From assembly GCF_006345805.1 (NCBI RefSeq), contig NC_043002.1, forward strand, positions 58,218,001-58,282,000: a stretch of 64,000 nt of DNA. Reading direction: 5' to 3'. The DNA comes from Octopus sinensis. Its lineage: Eukaryota. The notes under the pieces are model-generated. The model was not told the DNA's origin. It ran no database searches and worked only from the letters and a program-made list of their open reading frames with translations. Of this stretch, positions 30,001 through 41,240 are shown piece by piece. The translations under genes were made by a program, and so were the position numbers. Numbering within the stretch: position 1 is the stretch's first letter; every line of letters begins with the position of its first letter.

Positions 30001-33000
30001 ACTCTAGTTACTTTCCTCAGCTACCGTCCACTCTAGTTACTTTTCATCAACTGTTGTCAATTCTAGTTACTTTTCATCAACTGCTGTCCACTCTAGTTAC
30101 TTTTCATGGACAGTTGTCCACTCTAGTTACTTTTCATGAACTGTTGTCAATTCTAGTTACTTTTCATCAACTGCTGTCCACTCTAGTTACTTTTCATGGA
30201 CAGTTGTCCACTCAAGTTACTTTTCATCAACAATCGTCCAATCAATTTACTTTACCTCGACTGCTGTCCACTCTAGTTACTTTTCATCGACTGTGGTCCA
30301 CTCTAGTTACTTTTCATGGACAGTTGTCCACTCTAGTTACTTTACCTCAGCTACCGTCCACTCTAGTTACTTTTCATCGACTGCTGTCAATTCTAGTTAC
30401 ATTCCATGAACAGTTGTCCACTCTGGTTACTTTACCTCAGCTAACGTCCACTCTATTTACTTTTCATCGACTACTGTCAATTCTAGTTACTTTTCATCAA
30501 CTGCTGTCCACTCTAGTTACTTTTCATGAACAGTTGTCCACTCTAGTTACTTTTCATCAACTGTTGTGAATTCTAGTTACTTTTCATCAACTGCTGTCCA
30601 CTCTAGTTACTTTTCATGGACAGTTGTCCACTGAAGTTACTTTTCATCAACAGTCGTCCAATCAATTTACTTTACCTCGACTGCTGTCCACTCTAGTTAC
30701 TTTTCATCGACTGTGGTCCACTCTAGTTACTTTTCATCAACTGCTGTCCACTCTAGTTACTTTTCATGGACAGTTGTCCACTCTAGTTACTTTACCTCAG
30801 CTACCGTCCACTCTAGTTACTTTTCATCGACTGCTGTCAATTCTAGTTACTTTTCATGAACAGTTGTCCACTCTAGTTAATTTACCTCAGCTACCGTCCA
30901 CTCTAGTTACTTTTCATCGACTACTGTCAATTCTAGTTACTTTTCATCAACTGCTGTCCACTCTAGTTACTTTCATGAACAGTTGTCCACTCTAGTTACT
31001 TTACCTCAGCTACCGTCCACTCTAGTTACTTTTCATCAACTGTTGTCAATTCTAGTTACTTTTCATCAACTGCTGTCCACTCTAGTTAATTTTCATGAAC
31101 AGTTGTCCACTCTAGTTACTTTACCTCAGCTACCGTGCACTCTAGTTACTTTTCATCAACTGTTGTCAATTCTAGTTACTTTTCATCAACTGCTGTCCAC
31201 TCTAGTTACTTTTCATGAACAGTTGTCCACTCTAGTTACTTTACCTCAGCTACCGTCCACTCTAGTTACTTTTCATCAACTGTTGCCAATTCTAGTTACT
31301 TTTCATCAACTGCTGTCCATTCTAGTTACTTTTCATGGACAATTGTCCACTCTAGTTACTTTTCCTCAGCTATCGTCCACTCTAGTTACTTTTCATCAAC
31401 TGTTGTCAATTCTAGTTACTTTTCATCAACTGCTGTCCACTCTAGTTACTTTTCATGGACAGTTGTCCACTTAGTTACTTTTTATCAACAATCGTCCAAT
31501 CAATTTACTTTACCTCGACTGCTGTCCACTCTAGTTACTTTTCATCGACTGTGGTCCACTCTAGTTACTTTTCATCAACTGCTGTCCACTCTAGTTACTT
31601 TTCATGGACAGTTGTCCACTCTAGTTACTTTACCTCAGCTACCGTCCACTCTAGTTACTTTTCATCGACTGCTGTCAATTCTAGTTACTTTTCATGAACA
31701 GTTGTCCACTCTAGTTACTTTACCTCAGCTACCGTCCACTCTAGTTACTTTTCATCGACTACTGTCAATTCTAGTTACTTTTCATCAACTGCTGTCCATT
31801 CTAGTTACTTTTCATGAACAGTTGTCCACTCTAGTTACTTTACCTCAGCTACCGTCCACTCTAGTTACTTTTCATCAACTGTTGTCAATTCTAGTTACTT
31901 TTCATCAACTGCTGTCCACTCTAGTTACTTTTCATGAACAGTTGTCCACTCTAGTTACTTTACCTCAGCTACCGTGCACTCTAGTTACTTTTCATCAACT
32001 GTTGTCAATTCTAGTTACTTTTCATCAACTGCTGTCCACTCTAGTTACTTTTCATGAACAGTTGTCCACTCTAGTTACTTTACCTCAGCTACCGTCCACT
32101 CTAGTTACTTTTCATCAACTGTTGTCAATTCTAGTTACTTTTCATCAACTGCTGTCCATTCTAGTTACTTTTCATGGACAATTGTCCACTCTAGTTACTT
32201 TTCCTCAGCTATCGTCGACTCTAGTTACTTTTCATCAACTGTTGTCAATTCTAGTTACTTTTCATCAACTGCTGTCCACTCTAGTTACTTTTCATGAACA
32301 GTTGTCCACTCTAGTTACTTTACCTCAGCTAGCGTCCACTCTAGTTACTTTTCATCAACTGTTGCCAATTCTAGTTACTTTTCATAAACTGCTGTCCATT
32401 CTAGTTACTTTTCATGGACAATTGTCCACTCTAGTTACTTTTCCTCAGCTATCGTCCACTCTAGTTACTTTTCATCAACTGTTGTCAATTCTAGTTACTT
32501 TTCATCAACTGCTGTCCACTCTAGTTACTTTTCATGGACAGTTGTCCACTCTTGTTGCTTTTTATCAACAATCGTCCAATCAATTTACTTCACCTCGACT
32601 GCTGTCCACTCTAGTTACTTTTCATCGACTGTGGTCCACTCTAGTTACTTTTCATCAACTGCTGTCCACTCTAGTTACTTTTCATGGACAGTTGTCCACT
32701 CTAGTTACTTTTCATGGACAGTAGTCCACTAAAGTTACTTTTCCTCAACTGCTGTCCACTCTAGTTACTTTTCCTGAACAGTTGTCCACTATAGTTACTT
32801 TACCTCAGCTACCGTCCACTCTAGTTACTTTTCATCAACTGTTGTCAATTCTAGTTACTTTTCATCAACTGCTGTCCACTCTAGTTACTTTTCATGAACA
32901 GTTGTCCACTCTAGTTACTTTACCTCAGCTACCGTCCACTCTAGTTACTTTTCATCAACTGTTGTCAATTCTAGTTACTTTTCATCAACTGCTGTCCATT

Positions 33001-36000
33001 CTAGTTACTTTTCATGGACAATTGTCCACTCTAGTTACTTTTCCTCAGCTATCGTCCACTCTAGTTACTTTTCATCAACTGTTGTCAATTCTAGTTACTT
33101 TTCATCAACTGCTGTCCACTCTAGTTACTTTTCATGGACAGTTGTCCACTCAAGTTACTTTTCATCAACTGTTGTCAATTCTAGTTACTTTTCATCAACT
33201 GCTGTCCACTCTAGTTACTTTTCATGGACAGTTGTCCACTCAAGTTACTTTTCATCAACAATCGTTCAATCAAGTTACTTTACCTCGACTGCTGTCCACT
33301 CTAGTTACTTTTCATCGACTGTGGTCCACTCTAGTTACTTTACCTCAGCTACCGTCCACTTTAGTTACTTTTCATCAACTGTTGTCAATTCTAGTTACTT
33401 TTCATCAACTGCTGTCCACTCTAGTTAATTTTCATGAACAGTTGTCCACTCTAGTTACTTTACTCAGCTACCGTCCACTCTAGTTACTTTTCATCAACTG
33501 TTGTCAATTCTAGTTACTTTTCATCAACTGTGTCCACTCTAGTTACTTTTCATGAACAGTTGTCCACTCTAGTTACTTTACCTCAGCTACCGTCCACTCT
33601 AGTTACTTTTCATCAACTGTTGTCAATTCTAGTTACTTTTCATCAACTGCTGTCCATTCTAGTTACTTTTCATGGACAATTGTCCACTCTAGTTACTTTT
33701 CCTCAGCTACCGTCCACTCTAGTTACTTTTCATCAACTGTTGTCAATTCTAGTTACTTTTCATCAACTGCTGTCCACTCTAGTTACTTTTCATGGACAGT
33801 TGTCCACTCTAGTTACTTTTCATCAACTGTTGTCAATTCTAGTTACTTTTCATCAACTGCTGTCCACTCTAGTTACTTTTCATGGACAGTTGTCCACTCT
33901 AGTTACTTTTCATCAACAATCGTCCAATCATTTACTTTACCTCGACTGCTGTCCACTCTAGTTACTTTTCATCGACTGTGGTCCACTCTAGTTACTTTTC
34001 ATCAACTGCTGTCCACTCTAGTTACTTTTCATGGACAGTTGTCCACTCTAGTTACTTTACCTCAGCTACCGTCCACTCTATTTACTTTTCATCGACTACT
34101 GTCAATTCTAGTTACTTTTCATCAACTGCTGCCCACTCTAGTTACTTTTCATGAACAGTTGTCCACTCTAGTTACTTTACCTCAGCTACCGTCCACTCTA
34201 GTTACTTTTCATCAACTGTTGTCAATTCTAGTTACTTTTCATCAACTGCTGTCCACTCTAGTTACTTTTCATGAACAGTTGTCCACTCTAGTTACTTTTA
34301 CCTCAGCTACCGTGCACTCTAGTTACTTTTCATCAACTGTTGTCAATTCTAGTTACTTTTCATCAACTGCTGTCCACTCTATTTACTTTTCATGAACAGT
34401 TGTCCACTCTAGTTACTTTACCTCAGCTACCGTCCACTCTAGTTACTTTTCATCAACTGTTGCCAATTCTAGTTACTTTTCATCAACTGCTGTCCATTCT
34501 AGTTACTTTTCATGGATAATTGTCCACTCTAGTTACTTTTCCTCAGCTATCGTCCACTCTAGTTACTTTTCATCAACTGTTGTCAATTCTAGTTACTTTT
34601 CATCAACTGCTGTCCACTCTAGTTACTTTTCATGGACAGTTGTCCACTCTAGTTACTTTTCATCAACTGTTGTCAATTCTAGTTACTTTTCATCAACTGC
34701 TGTCCACTCTAGTTACTTTTCATGGACAGTTGTCCACTCAAGTTACTTTTCATCAACAATCGTCCAATCAATTTACTTTACCTCGACTGCTGTCCACTCT
34801 AGTTACTTTTCATCGACTCTGGTCCACTCTAGTTACTTTTCATCAACTGCTGTCCACTCTAGTTACTTTTCATGGACAGTTGTCCACTCTAGTTACTTTA
34901 CCTCAGCTACCGTCCACTCTAGTTACTTTTCATCGACTGCTGTCCACTCTAGTTACTGTTCATGAACAGTTGTCCACTCTAGTTACTTTTCATGGACAGT
35001 AGTCCACTCAAGTTACTTTTCATCAACTGCTGTCCACTCTAGTTAATTTTCATGAACAGTTGTCCACTCTAGTTACTTTACCTCAGCTACCGTCCACTCT
35101 AGTTACTTTTCATCAACTGTTGTCAATTCTAGTTACTTTTCATCAACTGCTGTCCACTCTAGTTAATTTTCATGAACAGTTGTCCACTCTAGTTACTTTA
35201 CCTCAGCTACCGTGCACTCTAGTTACTTTTCATCAACTGTTGTCAATTCTAGTTACTTTTCATCAACTGGTGTCCACTCTAGTTACTTTTCATGAACAGT
35301 TATCCACTCTAGTTACTTTACCTCAGCTACCGTCCACTCTAGTTACTTTTCATCAACTGTTGTCAATTCTAGTTACTTTTCATCAACTGCTGTCCATTCT
35401 AGTTACTTTTCATGGACAATTGTCCACTCTAGTTACTTTTCCTCAGCTATCGTCCACTCTAGTTACTTTTCATCAACTGTTGTCAATTCTAGTTACTTTT
35501 CATCAACTGCTGTCCACTCTAGTTACTTTTCTTGGACAGTTGTCCACTCTAGTTACTTTTCATCAACTGTTGTCAATTCAAGTTACTTTTCATCAACTGC
35601 TGTCCACTCTAGTTACTTTTCATGGACAGTTGTCCACTCTAGTTACTTTTCATCAACAATCGTTCAATCAATTTACTTTACCTCGACTGCTGTCCACTCT
35701 AGTTACTTTTCATCGACTGTGGTCCACTCTAGTTACTTTTCATCAACTGCTGTCCACTCTAGTTACTTTTCATGGACAGTTGTCCACTCTAGTTACTTTA
35801 CCTCAGCTACCGTCCACTCTAGTTACTTTTCATCGACTGCTGTCAATTCTAGTTACTTTTCATGAACAGTTGTCCACTCTAGTTACTTTACCTCAGCTAC
35901 CGTCCACTCTAGTTACTTTTCATCGACTACTGTCAATTCTAGTTACTTTTCATCAACTGCTGTCCACTCTAGTTACTTTTCATGAACAGTTGTCCACTCT

Positions 36001-37462
36001 AGTTACTTTACCTCAGCTACCGTCCACTCTAGTTAGTTTTCATCAACTGTTGTCAATTCTAGTTACTTTTCATCAACTGCTGTCCACTCTAGTTAATTTT
36101 CATGAACAGTTGTCCACTCTAGTTACTTTACCTCAGCTACCGTGCACTCTAGTTACTTTTCATCAACTGTTGTCAATTCTAGTTACTTTTCATCAACTGC
36201 TGTCCACTCTAGTTACTTTTCATGAACAGTTGTCCACTCTAGTTACTTTACCTCAGCTACCGTCCACTCTAGTTACTTTTCATCAACTGTTGTCAATTCT
36301 AGTTACTTTTCATCAACTGCTGTCCATTCTAGTTACTTTTCATGGACAGTTGTCCACTCTAGTTACTTTTCCTCAGCTATCGTCCACTCTAGTTACTTTT
36401 CATCAACTGTTGTCAATTCTAGTTACTTTTCATCAACTGCTGTCCACTCTAGTTACTTTTCATGGACAGTTGTCCACTCTAGTTACTTTTTATCAACAAT
36501 CGTCCAATCAATTTACTTTACCTCGACTGCTGTCCACTCTATTTACTTTTCATCGACTGTTGTCCACTCTAGTTACTTTTCATCAACTGCTGTCCACTCT
36601 AGTTACTTTTCATGGACAGTTGTCCACTCTAGTTACTTTTCCTCAGCTACCGTCCACTTTAGTTACTTTTCATCGACTGCTGTCATTTCTAGTTACTTTT
36701 CATGAACAGTTGTCCACTCAAGTTACTTTACCTCAGCTACCGTCCACTCTAGTTACTTTTCATCGACTACTGTCAATTCTAGTTACTTTTCATCAACTGC
36801 TGTCCACTCTAGTTACTTTTCATGAACAGTTGTCCACTCTAGTTACTTTACCTCAGCTACCGTCCACTCTAGTTACTTTTCATCAACTGTTGTCAATTCT
36901 AGTTACTTTTCATCAACTGCTGTCCACTCTAGTTACTTTTCATGGACAGTTGTCCACTCTAGTTACTTTTTATCAACAATCGTCCAATCAATTTACTTTA
37001 CCTCGACTGCTGTCCACTCTATTTACTTTTCATCGACTGTTGTCCACTCTAGTTACTTTTCATCAACTGCTGTCCGCTCTAGTTACTTTTCATGGACAGT
37101 TGTCCACTCTAGTTACTTTACCTCAGCTACCGTCCACTTTAGTTACTTTTCATCGACTGCTGTCAATTCTAGTTACTTTTCATGACAGTTGTCCACTCTA
37201 GTTACTTTACCTCAGCTACCGTGCACTCTAGTTACTTTTCATCAACTGTTGTCAATTCTAGTTACTTTTCATCAACTGCTGTCCACTCTAGTTACTTTTC
37301 ATGAACAGTTGTCCACTCTAGTTACTTTACCTCAGCTACCGTCCACTCTAGTTACTTTTCATCGACTGCTGTCAATTCTAGTTACTTTTCATCAACTGCT
37401 GTTCACTCTCTAGTTACTTTTCATCGACTGCTTCTAGTTATTTTCAGTGACTATTGTGCATT
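1..37462. repeat. Tandem satellite DNA array, 30-bp monomer (consensus ACTCTAGTTACTTTTCATCAACTGCTGTCC), about 1,250 copies, with higher-order structure; continues off the left edge
   Basis: Register of exactly 30 bp is visible, e.g. no net indel from ~21.3 kb to 30,013. Recurrent monomer variants end in ...CAACTGCTGTCC, ...CAACTGTTGTCA, ...GGACAGTTGTCC, ...GAACAGTTGTCC or ...TTTACCTCAGCTACCGTCC. The last degenerate monomer at ~37,433-37,462 is followed by (TTA)n. Confidence 0.98.
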
Positions 37463-37512
37463 CTTTATTATTATTATTATTATTATTTTTAAATTTTAAA
37501 ATGTAAATAAAA

Positions 37513-37680
37513 TTGTAAACTTTATACAAATTATAAAGGTAGTTACTATTTCTTTTCAAATGTGTTTTTACCCTTTTTTGTAGCAGTAGTTTACTTTTCA
37601 ATTTCTAATGTTCTTGCGTTTCTTGCAGATGTTCGCTCAATTCATCGATAAAATTATTCAAATTTTGTATTTCATCTTTA
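37513..37680 (-). repeat. Unclassified dispersed repeat 'X', copy 1 (reverse complement of 51,115-51,290)
   Basis: ...GTTCTTGCGTTTCTTGCAGATGTTCGCTCAATTCATCGATAAAATTATTCAAATTTTGTATTTCATCTTT is the near-exact reverse complement of AAAGATGAAATACAAAATTTGAATAATTTTATCGATGAATTGAGCGAACATCTGCAAGAAACGCAAGAAC at 51,114 onward. Confidence 0.85.
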
Positions 37681-37704
37681 TTTATTATTATTATTATTAT
37701 TATT

Positions 37705-38213
37705 ACTTTTTTTTCTTCTTTCAAATTTTCTTCCATTTCTTGCCGAGTGTCTTCCCGACTCCTAGGGCAAAGAAACTCATAGTGTATATTGGTAGGCCAT
37801 TAAACCAAACTCAGTAGTTCGTTCATTTTTTTTTTTTTTTTTAAAGTTAAATTAAAATACTTGAGCAGCAACAGTTCTCACATCGACAATGCTCTTCTCA
37901 ATACGTGTGATGTACCAGTTAAGACAATCTTTTGCACTTCTTGCAGGGATGGTAAGCCAGGGATCATTCTCATATAATTTTCGGTTCCCTTCTTGATCAT
38001 TCCTAGTGCTCCTACGATCACTGGTATTGTAACCGCCTTGAGATGCCACATTTTCTCAATTTCAATGAGTAGGTCTTTATATTTTCTGAGCTTGTCAAAC
38101 TCTTTCGCTGAGATATTATGATCACAGGGGATGCTCATGTCGATCAATAAGCAAACTTTATTGTTTTGGTCTTTCACAACAATATCTGGTTTATTGGCCT
38201 TGATGGTTCGGTC
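37705..38213 (-). mobile_element. R4/Dong-like non-LTR retrotransposon lineage A, 5'-truncated 3' fragment (RLE C-terminus and 3' UTR)
   Basis: ORF 37878-38177 reads KVCLLIDMSIPCDHNISAKEFDKLRKYKDLLIEIEKMWHLKAVTIPVIVGALG...RRALSM*, preceded by KPDIVVK (PD-(D/E)xK endonuclease). (TTA)n lies on both sides. Near-identical to 45,650-46,048 and 51,530-52,040. Confidence 0.92.
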
Positions 38214-38244
<31 letters not shown>

Positions 38245-38344
38245 CATTGGACAAATCTTTATTATTTTTATTATTATTTTTAAATTTTAAAATGTAAATA
38301 AAATAATCATTATCATTATTATTGTATCTGTTGTTGTTGTTGCT

Positions 38345-38538
38345 AAGGTGGTGAGCTGACAGACTCGTTAGCACAGAGGTCAAAATGCTTAGCGGCTTTT
38401 CATCCTTCTTTACATTCTGAGGTCGGCCTTGCCTTTCATCCTTCTGGAGTCGACAAAATAAGTACCAGCTGAGTATTGTGGTTGAGTACTTGTCCCCTCC
38501 TCAAAGATTCCTGGCCTTGTTCCAAAATTGGAAATCAT
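38345..38538 (+). mobile_element. tRNA-derived SINE, degenerate, B-box segment deleted
   Basis: GGTGGTGAGCTGACAGACTCGTTAGCA (A-box-like head), then GCCTTTCATCCTTCTGGAGTCGACAAAATAAGTACCAG (central domain shared by many invertebrate SINEs), then CTGGCCTTGTTCCAAAATTGGAAA. Matches an abundant Octopus SINE from memory; not searched. Confidence 0.75.
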
Positions 38539-38562
38539 TTTTTTATCATTATTATTATTATT

Positions 38563-39055
38563 CTATGTTTGACTTTTGCTTTATGTCTGTACAAGTTGGC
38601 TCCAAGTCTCACCCAGAGACCTCCAGAGACAACAGGTTAGAAGTTCTGTGCCATATATTTGGGGGTTTTTTTGTACTAGTGAATGTCTAATACATAAAAA
38701 TAAAAAATAAACAAATAAAAAAATAAATAAATAAAAAAATAATAAAAAATTTTTTTAAATAATAAAATAAAATTAAAAAAATTTTTTTTTAATAAAAAAA
38801 AGAAAAAAAAGAAAAAAAGTTTGCTTTAAACCTTGGGATTACATAGAGAGTATTTTGCGTAGGATATGAGCAGTTCCCATGAGCACTATCCTTTGAATTT
38901 CTGCCCCATTTTGGGTTTCCTGGTATCTGAGTTAGGTAGCAATCAGTCCCTTTCGCTATCATTCCCAGGGCACCTATGACAACAGGTATTGTTTTAGTCT
39001 TCAGCTTCCACATTTTGCTGATTTCTATTTCAAGATCTTTATATTTGCTCAGTTT
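38563..39055 (-). mobile_element. R4/Dong-like lineage C, 5'-truncated 3' fragment
   Basis: Minus strand reads KLSKYKDLEIEISKMWKLKTKTIPVVIGALGMIAKG...KDSAHG, with a 3' UTR ending ...AAAGCAAAAGTCAAACATAG. (TTA)n on both flanks. Homologous to 46,221-46,692. Confidence 0.88.
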
Positions 39056-39069
39056 TATTATTATTATTA

Positions 39070-39127
<58 letters not shown>

Positions 39128-39685
39128 GAATCTATCTTGTACCCTTTCTTTCCATCCCTTCTCTTCTCTTCAATCACATTTCTACTTCAATATTAAGGCT
39201 GCTACTTATGCGTGTGATCGACAACTTATGGGAATGATACTTTAGGTTAGATTTTAATTTACTTTTCAATTTCTAAAAACCCTTAAGATGTTGGCTAAAG
39301 GTTTTTACAATTTGATCAGTGACGAGATGAAAGCAGTTGCAATTTTACGAAGAAATGGCCTTTTAACGATGAAGTAAATGTGTGTTGCACCTTGTCATGG
39401 TAATGGTGGAGAAATGAAGGAAGCTCGAAGAAAATGGAAAAACGGTGAAATTTTGCCAATTTTACGTTGCAAAAGTCGCGGCTTCTAAATTCGTATGATT
39501 TCACGCGTTTATTTTCATTATTGTTATTTTTTTTTGTTCTTGGTTTCTTATCATTATTTTCTTAGACTTAAATGAAACACGGATTCCTTATTATTAAAAT
39601 TATAATAATTTTGAAAAATGCATTTACAACGCGCTGTGTAAGTACAAAAGAATTTATTATAAAATTGAACAGTAATTTAATAATA

Positions 39686-39881
39686 AGATGAAATACAAAT
39701 TGAATAATTATCGATTAATTGAGCAAACATCTAGGAAACGCAAGAACAAAGAAGAAGAAACAGTAGAAATTTGAAAAGTAAAACTATTGACACTGTAAGC
39801 TGAGAGAAGGAAACAGTGTATGACTGAGAAAAAGGGACACACAATTGGGATGAGGAAGGGTGTATATTTTAGGCTGTACAA

Positions 39882-39917
<36 letters not shown>

Positions 39918-40077
39918 TCGTGTTGTGCATATGGTATATGTAAGAGTGATTAGTGAGTTAAAACAACGACGAACAAAAGGTGGTTAAAAACACATTTGAA
40001 TAGAAATAGTAAATACCTTTATAATTTTATGATAAGTTTACCATCTTCTGGTGGTACGTATATATATATGACACAAC

Positions 40078-40155
<78 letters not shown>

Positions 40156-40195
40156 TGGCAACATTCCTCGGAAGGTAAATCCTTTGTATTTTAGT
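39686..40195 (+). repeat. Dispersed repeat 'X', diverged copy 2, interrupted by (CA)n and (TA)n
   Basis: AAGATGAAATACAAATTGAATAATTATCGATTAATTGAGCAAACATCTAGGAAACGCAAGAAC...AAAAACACATTTGAATAGAAATAGTAAATACCTTTATAAT...TATCCTGGCAACATTCCTCGGAAGGTAAATCCTTT aligns colinearly with 51,115-51,340. Confidence 0.7.
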
Positions 40196-40261
40196 AATAG
40201 GAAATATAAGGCATATCACTACCATTAAATTTGGTTTTTTAAATGAACCACTTTGTTCATT

Positions 40262-40298
40262 TTGTGTGGAAGCCTATCTGTTACATCTGCTTTGCAAT

Positions 40299-40355
<57 letters not shown>

Positions 40356-40408
40356 ATAATATATATATATATATATAATATGGCGCTTAAAGAGAATGAC
40401 TCTCCTCA
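40262..40408 (+). repeat. 3' tail fragment of the SINE-associated repeat also seen at 56,300-56,390, with internal (TA)n
   Basis: GTGTGGAAGCCTATCT...TTGCAATACAC...GGCGCTTAAAGAGAATGACTCTCCTCA occurs at both loci. Confidence 0.65.
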
Positions 40409-40640
40409 ATAGTACAATAATTGTCGGAGCCTGGGAACAGTGAGCAAAAATCTCGAAAAATACGTGGGGCTGCGATAAGGGTGGAGCACTTGCAGAAAAC
40501 AGCACCCGCTTGGAATCGCTCGAATGCTCCGGAAGGTGCTCGAAAAATAAGGGATGTTACCTTAGGTCACTGGTAGTGAACAGCTGAAACTGTGTGGTAC
40601 ATCTCCAGTGTTAGAATTTGTGCAAAGGCAATGAAATAAT

Positions 40641-40671
<31 letters not shown>

Positions 40672-40895
40672 TAGTACCAATAATTGTCGGAGCCCTGGGA
40701 ACAGTGAGCAAAAATCTCGAAAAATACGTGGGGCTGCGATAAGGGTGGAGCACTTGCAGAAAACAGCACCGCTTGGAATCGCTCGAATGCTCCGGAAGGT
40801 GCTCGAAAAATAAGGGATGTTACCTTAGGTCACTGGTAGTGAACAGCTGAAACTGTGGTACATCTCCAGTGTTAGAATTTGTGCAAAGGCAATGA

Positions 40896-40932
<37 letters not shown>

Positions 40933-41155
40933 TAGTACCAATAATTGTCGGAGCCCTGGGAACAGTGAGCAAAAATCTCAAAAAATACGTGGGGCTGAAA
41001 TAGGGTGGAGCACTTGCAGAAAACAGCACTGCTTGGAATCGCTCGAATGCTCCGGATGGTGCTCGAAAAATAAGGGATGTTACTTTAGGTCACTGGTAGT
41101 GAACAGCTGAAACTGTGTTACATCTCCAGTGTTAGAATTTGTGCAAAGGCAATAA

Positions 41156-41157
<2 letters not shown>
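40409..41157 (+). mobile_element. Three tandem ~261-bp units of an R4/Dong-like lineage D 3' end, separated by (TAA)n
   Basis: Units start at 40,409, 40,671 and 40,932. They translate as IVPIIVGALGTVSKNLEKY..GAAIRVEHLQKT..LGIARMLRKVLEK*, the same PxIxGALG...QKxxLxGTAxILRxxL C-terminal motif as lineages A-C, followed by a 3' UTR and (TAA)n. Confidence 0.8.

Positions 41158-41238
<81 letters not shown>

Positions 41239-41240
<2 letters not shown>

Noticed and set aside
21415-37201. Very long + strand ORFs (830, 713, 618, 560 aa) of LSTLVTFHQL repeats
   Set aside because: A 30-bp monomer is a multiple of 3, so stop-free frames persist automatically. The starts are TTG/GTG, there are no unique terminal domains, and indels break frames freely. 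A repetitive exon cannot be strictly excluded without RNA data.
1-37462. CRISPR-like appearance: constant ~18-bp part plus variable ~12-bp part
   Set aside because: The variable parts are a handful of recurring related variants, not unique spacers. There are no cas genes and the context is eukaryotic.
38345-38400. tRNA gene
   Set aside because: Only an A-box-like SINE head; the B-box segment is deleted and no cloverleaf forms.
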